From Octopus bimaculoides (lineage: Eukaryota), in the NCBI RefSeq assembly GCF_001194135.2, contig NC_068989.1, positions 64,339,858 through 64,393,497 on the forward strand: a stretch of DNA of 53,640 bases, written 5' to 3'. Of the stretch, positions 36,889 to 49,446 are shown in pieces. The notes beneath the pieces are model-generated. The model was given only the letters and a program-made list of their open reading frames with translations. It had not been told where the DNA came from and did no database searches. Positions within the stretch are counted from its first letter, which is position 1. Every line of letters begins with the position of its first letter. The position numbers and the translations under genes are program-made.

Positions 36889-37229
36889 CGTGAATTGTTC
36901 TGAAATGTAATAATATCATAAAGTTAGTTTATATGTCGATATCTCACTTTATATTTGTAATATACATTTAAATAACTTGAAAACGATCTGAGTATGGACA
37001 AATACTGTAGTAGGCCTATTTGTTTTTTATTCAATCCAAATAAACAAAAAAGAATATAATACATAAAACATTAAGATCAGACAACAATACACAGCGGACA
37101 TTTTCTTGTCGTTTAACCCCAAATCAGTCCTGAACTAAGCAGACTTATGATCAAAGGCTTTCTAACCATGACCATCCCATTGTTCTATCGAGCTTTGCGC
37201 AAATATACTAAATAACTAGATTGTCCGAT

Positions 37230-37510
37230 ATATTCTTCCCGCTTGGAAAAAGGCATGATATAATTTGAGAGAGCTTTAGCCACCGTTTTGGAGGATCGCC
37301 GCGTAACTATTCGGCAACTAGCCCAAGAAATGAAGTAGGGTCTATGGAAGAAATCATTCACGACTATTTGCACACGTGGAAGTTGCTCACACATTTTCAG
37401 AAACAGGAACGAGTCAATTGCTCCCAGACTCTTTTGGCAAATATGCCAAGAACACGAGGAGGACTTTTTCAGCAGACTGTGGAAATGAATCTTAAGTTTC
37501 ATCTGTAATT
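37230..37510 (+). mobile_element. Mariner transposase relic (second HTH region)
   Basis: VLEDRRVTIRQLAQE..EEIIHDYLH..LTHFQKQERVNCSQ..QEHEEDFFSRL across frameshifts. Confidence 0.75.
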
Positions 37511-38216
37511 CGGACGAATGAGCTCCAGAAGCAATCGTCGGAACACGGTATTTCTTCTAACATGTAACCCAAAATACCTTTTAATGCCTATTACTATACC
37601 ATATTTAATGCCTTTCCGGAATCCTAACTTACCGTAACTTTTTCTATCTTCATTTTGAAAAGCGGTTATATGCCGCGGCCATTAGAGTTTGACGAACCGT
37701 CTATAAGGCTCAGCGCTTTATGGAAGCGAAACCAATGGTTAGTCTATGACCTACCATATTGTTAACTTCCCATAGATACATTACTGCTCAAACGGTTAGA
37801 GTGTGTTTCTTTTTTGGATATATAATCCACTGACGATATATATATATATATATATATANNNNNNNNNNNNNNNNNNNNNNNNNNNNNNNNNNNNNNNNNN
37901 NNNNNNNNNNNNNNNNNNNNNNNNNNNNNNNNNNNNNNNNNNNNNNNNNNNNNNNNNNNNNNNNNNNNNNNNNNNNNNNNNNNNNNNNNNNNNNNNNNNN
38001 NNNNNNNNNNNNNNNNNNNNNNNNNNNNNNNNNNNNNNNNNNNNNNNNNNNNNNNNNNNNNNNNNNNNNNNNNNNNNNNNNNNNNNNNNNNNNNNNNNNN
38101 NNNNNNNNNNNNNNNNNNNNNNNNNNNNNNNNNNNNNNNNNNNNNNNNNNNNNNNNNNNNNNNNNNNNNNNNNNNNNNNNNNNNNNNNNNNNNNNNNNNN
38201 NNNNNNNNNNNNNNNN

Positions 38217-38251
<35 letters not shown>

Positions 38252-38565
38252 TTTTTTCTGGCTACTTTTTAAAATGCTCTTTATTCTTATTTCATTAACC
38301 ACCCAATTAGATAAATTTTATTAGAAATATGTTCGATGTGTCTGAAATTACATGAAGAACAATGGTATTCGTGAAAATCTGGGTAGTGACAGACAAGAAA
38401 AATTCTTTTAGTATTTATATAAAATATATACAAATCCGTTTTGATTTAGAATCTTTCTTTCAAAATATAGTTGCAGGGTAAAATGAACACGATACAAAGA
38501 TACAATGATGAAAGATACAGAGGTGCAGGCGAAGTTGAAGACTACAGAAACGTGCTCATGCTCAC

Positions 38566-38616
38566 TTTTGCAAAGTGTTGAAAGAAAAGACGCACTCCCA
38601 TAGTCAACGTTACCGT
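38566..38616 (-). other. Possible 5'UTR exon of the secreted-peptide gene
   Basis: tttcccaccag acceptor and AAA|gtgagc donor on -; no further support. Confidence 0.3.
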
Positions 38617-40029
38617 CTGGTGGGAAACACGCTCACACACTCGCACGCACGCACACACCGCACATACACACTCACTCATACTCACACTCACACGCACATA
38701 CACACTCAGACAGAGGTGATTCGCCCACATATTTACGTAGAGATTATTTGTTTTACCAACGTAGTTTCCTCAGATGTTGCCGTTTTGTTAAGCAGTTAAT
38801 TTATTTTTTAATTGTTAATTTCTATTCCTAATGGGAACTGATAATTTATTTTAGTCTATAAATTTCCTCTCTCAAACCCGATTTATTTTTTTACAGGAAA
38901 AGCAAACATACAAACAAACAAACAAAGAAACAAGATTGCTGTTTTTTTGTTTCATAATTTCAAATCGTTCATGCGGCGAATTGATAACAACATGGTACTA
39001 TCGCACGAAAAAAATGTAAAGGATACGATCAGGATTTTTAAAAACTACCATTTTGAAAATAACCTTTGAAAGTTTTCACGTAACATATGAAACAGGAAGT
39101 GAATATAAAATATGACTTTTCCCAAATTTTGATTACAGATGGTTCTGTTGAATACAATAAATAGATTGTTCTGATAAATAATCAACTGAAGAGAGAGAAT
39201 ACGACAGTCTGTATATTTCTGTCGCTCCTACAGAAAATTGGTTTTAAACCTTTTAAAATCTTTAATTTGTCAGGTTAATAGAATGAATTAAATTGACAAA
39301 TTATTCACTGAAAAATGTCTGGTTTTGATTGAAAGAGTGTGTTAAATAAACTTATTAAGCAATTTTACGCATGCTTATCGATAGCAAGCAAAAAACATTG
39401 CCGAATTGACAAAAAAATCTCAACGGTTTCTGTTGAATCGTCGGCTGTTGGTACAAGCCGTACAACACAAACGAGAAGCGTCTTGTAAAGTAAATTTTGT
39501 TGCATTTGTTTCGACTTCATTTTCTCAAGAACAGCGCAACCAGCCAATAAAAACGCCCTCTGGTTTGCTTCTATTACTTAACTAAATTAACCGATGAATT
39601 TCTATTTTTGAAACGGTTACTTGGTTACCAGAAATGTTTTTAATCAATTTGGTTCTCTGGTCCACTGCTTTTTATTATCAGAATAATCTACGTCCAAGCA
39701 AAATGTTTATTTTTTTACCGTACAAAGTAATAACGAAAATTCAAAACTGCAGCATGTTATAATATTAGAGAGCTGCTTACAATAAATAAATTGTAAATGC
39801 ATAATAAAAAAAATTAGTGTTTACACTCTGTAATTTCGTTGTATTCTTATTCATTGTCTGCTGACATGGAATAGCGATGCAACGAAATGTTGAAAAGTTT
39901 TCTAACGTATATAACCTTGAATGATTGAGAGGGAAAGATAAATCCGATATTCCAGGCCAAGTCAACAAAGCTGGTACCTGAACCACAATATACAAATGAA
40001 TCAGGTTCTGCAATGGCTGACTTCATTTG

Positions 40030-40720
40030 GTGAAATAGGCACAAATTTCATTCCAATTATTGCTGAAGACTATACCGAAACATCCAACAAGGGATAACAA
40101 ATAACTAAAGTTATGTATTCGTTGGATTGACATGCGAACACATTGGTAGCCAATGAGAAATGTTTCGGTATATTGCTCGCAAAATATAAAATCTTCAACA
40201 ATATTTCCAGTTATCGTAGATGCTTTCAAAATACTAAAATAAGAGTAGAATAGGCTTTGACAGAGCAAGTAACATGCTTGGTAAAAAATCTGGAGTTGCT
40301 AGGCATTTGAAAAAACTTGAAACGAAAGCTTTAGAAACATAATGTCAGGTACGTTCTTCAAGCTGGAGCATGAAGGAATCTGTACAGTAACATATCTGAT
40401 GTGATGAATAACAGCAAAGAATTTTCTACTCTAATCAAGTATTTACCAAAGAGGGATAATTGATTAGGAGAGTTAAATAAACTTTCTAGTGTCAAAAAGC
40501 ACATTTGAAAGTTTATGGTATATAAACTTTGAGTGCTACCAAATGGGGTGTACATATTGCTTGGTTACGACAAATTATTGATAAATATCCAGTCCTATGC
40601 CTGTATTACTAAGATGTATTTAGTGACAAGAAGAAGCTGAGCCATATAGTCGGATGCCAGGTTCAATTGAACACATTGAACCGACTCTTTGGACTAAATC
40701 TCGGCTCAGGTCTTGTAATC
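40030..40720 (+). pseudogene. Degraded hAT transposase (ZMYM1/Tip100-like)
   Basis: Remnants of ETSNK..LCIRWID and GFDRASNMLGKKSGVARHL..KALET, with stops and frameshifts. Confidence 0.7.
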
Positions 40721-41488
40721 ACGTAAGTCAATTTATCGAAGCCAATACAACATCTAAAGTGTTGTCAATAGATGTCGTGAAAGACTGTCAATAACTAGAA
40801 GCATATCTTCATCTTCAGTCAAGAATGACACAACATAACTGAAATAATTCTCTAGCTTTTTTTTCGTATCACAAAATAAATATGATTCCACATGATTCCA
40901 ATGTGCTGATAAAAGCTTTGTGGGTGGATTTGGTTGACGGAAACTGAAAGAAGCCCGTCGTGTATATATACATCGAAACAAACAGAAAACAGACACAGAA
41001 GGTCACCAAATTCTCATCGGTTATCGGCCAGAGGGTCAAACGCAATTTCGCGCCTTCAACGATAATATTGATCGACTCTGGTGACGCCGATAGTAAAAAG
41101 CCGCCGGGAAATGGCAAACCAGCGAGCAAAGTATCAAGCATGACAGAAAGTGAATAAACACTCAAGGAATAAACAAATATGCAATACTGAAAGTGAACAA
41201 GCATCCATGAAATAAATGTGATACATGGTGAGACCATTAGTGGACGGACGAGCGACAAAGATGAAAATAAACAAGACGAAATGTGGACATACGAACAGAC
41301 TGAAATAAATAAACAGAATACGGCCCTAGGGCAAGACAGGTGACGGAAATATGGTTAACGCCAGGAGGAATGTCCTAAAGGATTAGAAACAGGACAACAG
41401 AGAGACAGCGAAACGGGTTGAAAGTGGGAGACGAGGGAAAATACAACCAGTAGCCTCGGCTGTCGGCGTGAGTGTTTGCTCATTTTCT

Positions 41489-41800
41489 GTTGACGGAGAG
41501 AAGCAATTTGATGTTGATAGAGAAAACCAGTTTGATGTTGACGGAATGAACCAGTATCATGTTAACGGAGAGAAACCAGTCTGATATTGACGGAGAAAAC
41601 TAGCTGACGGAGAGAGCCGGTTTGACGTTGACGAAGAGAACCAACTGACAGAGAGAAACAGTTGACAGAGAGAACCAGTTGACGGAGAAAACCAGTTAAC
41701 GGAGAGAACCAGTTGACGGGGAGAACCATTTTGACGTTCACAGAGAGGAGTAGTTTGACTGACGAAGAGAACCAACTTGACGTTGATGGAGGAAACCAGA
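41489..41800. repeat. Degenerate minisatellite, core gttgacggagagaaccag
   Basis: About 14 units of 17-25 bp. Confidence 0.9.
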
Positions 41801-41950
41801 GAATTAGAATTGCTAGAGAATTAGCTTTGCACAGGCTGTTCTATATTTATATGTCTATTGATAAGGTGTATGAAATAAAACTGCCTAATATACTTCTAAT
41901 TTACAATTTTACACATTTATCCACGTATTAATGTATTATCATGCATGTAC

Positions 41951-42011
<61 letters not shown>

Positions 42012-43959
42012 CAAATACTTGCATAAATGCATACATACATATGTGTGTGCGTATATATATTTACACGTTCACACACATACGCATATATGAATGCATACAT
42101 ACATGCATACATACATACATTCATACATACATACGTACATACATACTACTGATAAATTTGCAATAAATTCAGATTTATTCTAATCATTTTTGGAGAAATG
42201 AGCTATAAAATCAATCTACCTGGAGCAAATCCTGATTGAATCTGGATTCTCAGAGAAAGAAAGTCAGAACTACAACAACGGTAATAACATTTGCTAAACC
42301 TCATAAAACCTACAATTAAATGGTACAATCCATGAATTCTTGGAAAAGACCTTCGAACAATCTAGATATATTAATCGATTTTCTTCTCTTTCCACGTGCA
42401 CGTGGTTTTTAATGTCTTTCCTTTAGTTGTATCTCGTTAATACTAATAGTATATTTCAAGGTGGTGAGCTGGCAGAATCGTTAGCATGCCGGGCAAAAGC
42501 TTAGCGGCATTTCACCCATCTTCATGTTCTGAGTTCAAATTCCGCCAAGGTTAAATCTGCCTTGTAATCTTTCGGGGTCGATAAAATAAGTACCAGTTAA
42601 TGACTAGGATCTAGGTAATCGACTTAGCCCTCTCCGAAATTGCTCGCCCTGTGCCAAAATATGAAGCGAATATTAGTATATTTCTGTATGTATATGCGTA
42701 TTATTTGTAAGATTATATATATATATATATATGTGTATATATATATNNNNNNNNNNNNNNNNNNNNNNNNNNNNNNNNNNNNNNNNNNNNNNNNNNNNNN
42801 NNNNNNNNNNNNNNNNNNNNNNNNNNNNNNNNNNNNNNNNNNNNNNNNNNNNNNNNNNNNNNNNNNNNNNNNNNNNNNNNNNNNNAGTCATAGTGTTATA
42901 AGGCCAATATCACGGATTCTGTTGTGCATATATTCCCCACCTCCGGGACAGGAAGCCAGTCTATCTCAGGATTTTTCAATTTTGCCAGCTGAGTAATCCG
43001 GAACAACGTGAAATAAGTGTCTTACTCGAGGACACAACGCGTACCGGGAATCGAACTCACGACCTAACTATCATGAGCCAAATACCCTATTCACTAAACC
43101 ACACGCCTTCACTCTCTCTCACTCCAAACGGCAAGTCGAGTCGTATGCAAAATGTAATCGACTTCCTCTTCTAAAAAAAAAAAAAATGCTGGCCCTGTGC
43201 CAAAATTTGAAACTACTATTTTCATAATTAGTTGAAACAATGGTATGTGTTTCAACAGAAATATGGTAACAAAAGGTTTTATCATAGTATTATTAATGGA
43301 GTTACCTCCTTAATAAAACTGTACTTGATTCTGCTATGTGTTAATCATTTAATCATAAATATGTGATATTAACATAGTTGTGTTACTGTTTTTTATTGCC
43401 ATGGTTATCTGAACATTTTGTTAATCTGAACTGTTTAGAAGCAGTATTTTAGATTTCCACGATGTCAGTGCTTTTATTATCTTTCATTTTTTACTTGTTT
43501 CAGTCATTAGACTGTGGCCATGCTGGTGCACCGCCTTCAAGCATTTTAGTTGAATGAATCGGCCCCAATAATTTTTTTAAACGTAATACGTTTTATCGAT
43601 CTTTTATGTCAGACCGCTATGTTATGGGAACGTAAACACACTAACACCGGGTTTCAAGTGGCGTAACGAGGTGGTGGACAAACACAGGCACAAAGATACA
43701 CACGCACACACACATACACACACACTCACACATACATACATATATATATATGCATTCAGTGTCCGTCTACCAAATGAATTTATGAGGTTTTGATCGGCCC
43801 GAGGTTACAGTAGAAGACACCTGACTAAGGCGCCATGGAGTGATAGTGAATCCGGAGCCAAGTAGTTGGGAAGCAAGCTTCTTACCACACAACTACGCCT
43901 GCGCCTGATATAAATACAGAAACTACTGGACAAAAGGAGCAGGGACCAGGCAGAGAAGA

Positions 43960-44170
43960 ATGAGAATTGCTGGTCACTGCGTCAGGCACCCAGAAGAACC
44001 TGTGTGTCAACTGGTCTAATAACGGTCAGTTGAAGGAAGATTCAACAGGGTAAGAAAACGCCTAACATATGTGGTCAACTTGCTTCGAGACAGAGGAATA
44101 ACAAATGTTGAGGAATTAAGAACATGCATTGAAAACCGTGAAAATTGATGTGTTCGCGTGAAATCATTGA
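43960..44170 (+). mobile_element. RTE LINE 3' relic
   Basis: GRFNRVRKRLTYVVNLLRDRGITNVEELRTCIENREN. Confidence 0.55.
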
Positions 44171-44427
44171 AGCATCCACTCAGGAGGAGGTCCAAACTAA
44201 CAGCTTGTCACTCCCGGTTGCTGAATGGTTGTTGACACTGCTCAATCCATCCACCCTTTGAAAGGTTTTGTTTTTAAACCTGTAGAGAGCCTAGCGAAAA
44301 CTACCCACCTTACCAGGCAGGCTTGCTAGGGTCGTCCGTTTTAATCGTCGACTGCACGACCATGCGCAACTGGGTTACATGTTACCGGGGAGAACTAAGA
44401 ATGGCCTGGCAGTCTTAGTTCATATAT

Positions 44428-44507
<80 letters not shown>

Positions 44508-44508
<1 letters not shown>

Positions 44509-45415
44509 TAGGTTGTCCTGAAAGTTCTGAGCCTTTTTTAACATGCAAAAAAGGGATATAAATAATTGGCTATTCAATAAATTTTATTCAGTGAAATAAT
44601 TTCCATTATTATTAATGACCTTTGCCCATCTATCAGGCAGTTTAAATATTCCGTTAGCTTTTTTGGCATGGACATTCGTCTTTGGTTATTGTTTGGGGGG
44701 ATCCTTACGCAAACTCTAGGTTCTTTTCTGCACTACGTTTTCGTTCACAATCTGTTTTCCATCTCCAGTCACAAGTTGTTTCAAAAAAGGTATGCTTTCA
44801 TTCCGTTTCAAAAGCATATCACAAATGGAATATCGGTACAAGCAATTCTTTTCTGAGAGTTTGTGAGGAACCTATACACTATAGCGAGAAATGTATCCTA
44901 GCTTCGCTAGGTGTTCATGAGCCGTACTTTTAGAAACTTCCAACTCCTCTGCAAGTTCTCTAGTCATGATATTTGAGTTTCCTTCGATTTTTTGCCATTA
45001 AAACATCTTCACCCAATTTTGAAGGTCTTCCACTGCGACTAGCATCTCCCAAGCTAAATTCTCCAGCTTAAAATTTTGCAGACGATCTTCCAACAGTTGA
45101 TTCACCTACAGTATCATCACCATAAATTTCACAAATGTTTTTGCAAGCCTTTGCAGCATTTTCTCCTTTTTTTTTTTTATATATATAAAAAAAGAAAAGC
45201 ATTGCGACGTGAATATGAAATTTTTGGTTATCCATTTCAAATGTCAATAAAAGGTAACCGGAACGAAAGATAAACCTATTTTTAGTGAAGAACAAAGAAG
45301 AGATGCTCTACCACTTCAAGCAACACCAAAGTTTTAAATGTTACGTTTCAGGTGTGATCATTGAAAACATAAAATATTTAGCTTAAAAACGCTCAGAACT
45401 TTCCGGACAACCTAA
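44508..45415 (-). mobile_element. Internally deleted mariner element with both TIRs
   Basis: TIR ttaggttgtcc(t/g)gaaagttctgagc at both ends, TA after the right end; minus-strand HTH remnant MDNQKFHIHVAML...KKGENAAKACKNICEIYGDDTVGEST, frameshifted. Confidence 0.85.
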
Positions 45416-45426
45416 TATCTAAATAA

Positions 45427-45472
<46 letters not shown>

Positions 45473-46054
45473 TTACATATACATAAATATTATTGATTTA
45501 AAACTTTTGCACAAGGCCAGCAATTTCGGAGGATGAAAGGCAAAGTCGACCTCGGCGTATTTTGTATCCACAAAAAATATTGACAAATCAATCAATTGAC
45601 TCTACTCCAACTTATATGAATGGTTATAAGTACCCCTTTTGTATATCCAGTTACTTCTTGTATTTTTTGTACGTGCTCTGATGTTATCAGGGCCCTGTGA
45701 ATGCGTTTTCCCTTTTGCTACTTATGTTAAATCTCCGTTAGCGACTTCCAGCTCCTTTGGAATTTTGACAACGAAAGATAGGGCAACTTTCAGGAAGCGA
45801 TTTATCTCCGTATCACTCTGTTGCTTAAAGACGGACGAAATGCTGCTAAGTATTTTGTCCAGCATGCAAATGGTTTTGCCATCTCCTTGCATTGTTTATT
45901 GGAAAAAAAAGTAATATGTTGATGAAATAATTTTGTTAACATTAATCTGGTGTTTGGAACATAAATTAACTTGAAATTTTGATTGAAAGTTTAAAAAAAA
46001 CTTATAACTTTAAAAGAAGAAAACAAGTATTTTTTCATTTCAATGAGCCTTGTA

Positions 46055-46122
46055 TTTCAACTTCATATTTCAACTTCATATTTGAACTTCATATCTGAAC
46101 TTCATATTTGAACTTCATATTT
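46055..46122. repeat. About 13-bp tandem repeat (t(c/g)aacttcatat(t/c))
   Basis: Five adjacent copies. Confidence 0.85.
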
Positions 46123-46299
46123 TAAAAATATTATAATTGTTAAAAGACAAAAAACAAAACTAAGCAAAAATCAGAAATAGTAACTTTATCCATGGGTAAC
46201 GAAATTTGGGTTAAATTTACTGAATGTAAACTTAACAGAAATTAATGTAAACAGAAATTTCACCAAATTGAACGAAGCTTTGGCCAGGAAAAATAATGT

Positions 46300-48052
46300 C
46301 ATCAAACGGTGTCCAACGATCATCGGGTGTTTCGACCCTGAACCGTAACACTCACTCGTTGGTGAGTTAGAGGTGGCCAAATCACTGCTCCTCCTCTCTT
46401 TTTGGCTTCCAGCTTAACTCCACTTTCTTGTTCCGTAACCAGCAAGAGGCTCTTTCTGTTGCTTCTCCCATCCTGTGCTCAGCCATCCTTCGCTCCTTTC
46501 CTCTCATTCCAATGGCTGAAAGCATTCTCCATACCGATTGAGCAAGGTATCTCCTACAGTTAGCCTCAACTGAAAAAAGCCACGACTGCTATCCCTTCTT
46601 CCTGCAATCCTGCAAAAAGCTCTTGTACTTGGCATACTTCAATTCGTAGTCCTTATCACACTTTTCTTCTCACGGGACAGTAAGCTCGATCAAGGTTATT
46701 TTCTTGGTCTTTTCAGACCACAGAACCATATCTGGCCTCAGGGTTGTATGGAAACTTGGGGAAACTTCTTCCACTGAGGATGGCGGGGGAGATTGTAGTT
46801 GTCCAGATTTTATGTACAGGACTATTGAAGTGATGCTTAGTGGAAACAGCTAGCCGCCTACGGAGGTATTCGTTTACCTTCTTCTCCACTCTTTCTGCTC
46901 TTTTTACTAGGATCTAATATACTGTCAATACCCATATGAATCTTGGAAGCAGTTCGAGTTGTTTGAGCCATGCTTTGTATTTTCCTTGAAGCCCTGCTCT
47001 TTCAATCCTCCTCAGCCACTCCTCTGCTTGCTTCTCAATATCTGTGACTTTGCTTCTGTCAGAGAGTGAATTATCAAACCTCTTTCCAAAGTATTTAATT
47101 GAATTTTCCTCTACTGATAGAATAGCCTCTCCTTGAACTTGCAGCTTGATATTGTTTGTTAATTTGCCTCCTCTAATCACTATACTCTTTGATTTCTTGA
47201 GCTTAAACTTCATTCTAGCCCATGTGGCCATGTGTTCAAATGGAGCCAGCACTCTTTCCACTTGCACTTGGGTTGTGGTTGTTACTGTAACATCATCCAT
47301 GAAAGCCCTTATTGGATGTTGTCGGTTGCCTGAATCCATTATTGGTCCTTGGGCGTCATTATCTGCAGCTGTTATGAAGAGATTCATTCCCATGATGAAA
47401 AGGGTGGAGCAAATTGTGAGACCAGTTATGTTTCCTTTCCCCAAGTCTTGCCACCAAGTTGTAAAGCGGGCTGTTTTGAAGCGTAACAGGACCCCTCCAT
47501 AGTAGCGAGTGAATATTCCCTTGATATACGGAGTGATGTGGTAGTAGTCGAGGGCTGCATACATGAGGGCGTAAGCAATAGATCCGTACGCATTTGCCAG
47601 ATTTAAACAGATCACTGTCAAGTCACATTTGCTTCTCTTGGCCTCCCAGATCAACTGGTTGAGAACCCCGGTGCGCTCCAGATATCCTGAGAAATCTGGA
47701 AACCCGGGATTCTGGATAGAGGTGTTTATGTATCCATTCTCAGTCACCCTTTTAGTCAATACTGAAATTAAGGTTTTCCTGTCAGCACTCAGTGAGATAG
47801 TTAATGGTTAATGGCTGAGAAGTTTTCTTCCTTTGGTATGAAATATCCTATCTTCTTCCAGCATGGTAGTATGTTCGCTATTGTCCAGATCTTTCGGAAC
47901 AGCGTCCATAACCTCCGAAGGAGCCATGGAAAAATTTTGTATACTAATAAGGTATACCACTTGGGTCAGGAGTTGATTCTGATCTGGCCATCTTCATCAC
48001 TTTTTCGACTTCTTTAAAGGACGGACAGTTGATGTTAAGCTTCTTTCCTGGA
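46300..48052 (-). mobile_element. HERO-clade non-LTR retrotransposon, 5'-truncated and internally deleted
   Basis: 281-aa RT ORF (46914-47759) with LNLANAYGSI and RAFMDDVT; restriction-like endonuclease motif TLRPDMVLWSEKTKKITLIELTVP*EEK...KYAKY at about 46620-46750. Confidence 0.85.
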
Positions 48053-48502
48053 AATACACACATACGGACATACATGCAAGCATTCATACATAGTCATAAC
48101 ACACACGCACACACACACGCACGCACACATATATGCCAAGCAGTACAGCATGTTGCTCCCAAATTTCTGGCTGAGTGAATTTCATCATGGTACTCACAGA
48201 CGGTGCCTAACTGACCCTACCCTACTGTGTAGTCGATAAAATCAAAAACAATGTGCATGTGCGAAATTGAAAATATAAAGTGACGACTATTTACCGACTG
48301 CACCCTGTATATATTTCTGTGTATATATATATAAATCAAAGGTAAAGCAAACAAAAAAACACACCAAACAGAAATTATCAAAACATAACAAACAGGAAAA
48401 GGACGATAGCACAACGGCGACTAGGGCATGAGCGTTCTTACCCCACCCTAGCTGCGTCCCTGCACATACATACATGCATACATACATACATACATACATA
48501 CA

Positions 48503-48534
<32 letters not shown>

Positions 48535-49101
48535 CGTACTTATACGTATATGTATAATGATTTGTATATGTATACGTATAATGATTTCAAATTTTGACAC
48601 AAGGTAAACAAGTTCAGGGGGAAGGGAAAGTTGATTACATCGACCCTAGTACTGAAATGGTACTTAATTCATCGACCTTGAAAGAATGAGCGGGAAATTC
48701 AACCTCGGTGGAATTTATGTTTCTATTTACTGGAAAAGGCTAACCTCTGGTTTTGGTTAAAAAGAGACGATGAACGATGGCTAGAAGAATATTGAGCTAT
48801 GTTTAATAACCAGTTGATCTAGCAAGCAGGGCCTCATATCACTGAAGGGGACCGGTGCGCATTGATGCCGTCGAGAGGTAGGCCCCGAAACGGCGCACAT
48901 TCTCTCCTGATGACCCCATACACTTGCTGCCGTCCGGTATGCAGAGTTCTCGACTAGTAACACTTGCATGTGCAAGTTGTTTGCAATGCATCTAACATGT
49001 TATAGTTTAATGAAGTTTATATTTTTTGATTTGATATCAATAAAAATTTTTCTTCAAAATTGCTTTGGTTAAGATCGTAATTGATTTAATGCCCTACCAA
49101 C

Positions 49102-49155
<54 letters not shown>

Positions 49156-49408
49156 ATGTGTGTGCATATCTATATATATATATATATACACACACACATA
49201 TATGTATATACATATGTTTGGGAAGTGGGGCCAGTCGATTAGATCGACCCCACTACGTAACTGGTACCTAATTTATCGATTCCTCAGCGGAATTTGAACT
49301 CAGACCGTAAAGACAGACGAAAATATCGCTAAGCATTTCGCCCTGCGTGCTAACGTTTCTGCCAGCTCGCCGCCTTTTGTGTGTACACACACACACACAC
49401 ACACACAC

Positions 49409-49446
<38 letters not shown>

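Noticed and set aside
39365-39547. Minus-strand ORF with a hydrophobic stretch as an alternative signal peptide
   Set aside because: No convincing splice donor linking it to the downstream exons.
48835-48915. Second hammerhead-like motif (CTGAAG-GGGACC...GGCCCC-GAAAC)
   Set aside because: The core lacks A9, and stem III and the NUH site cannot be formed; at most a decayed copy.
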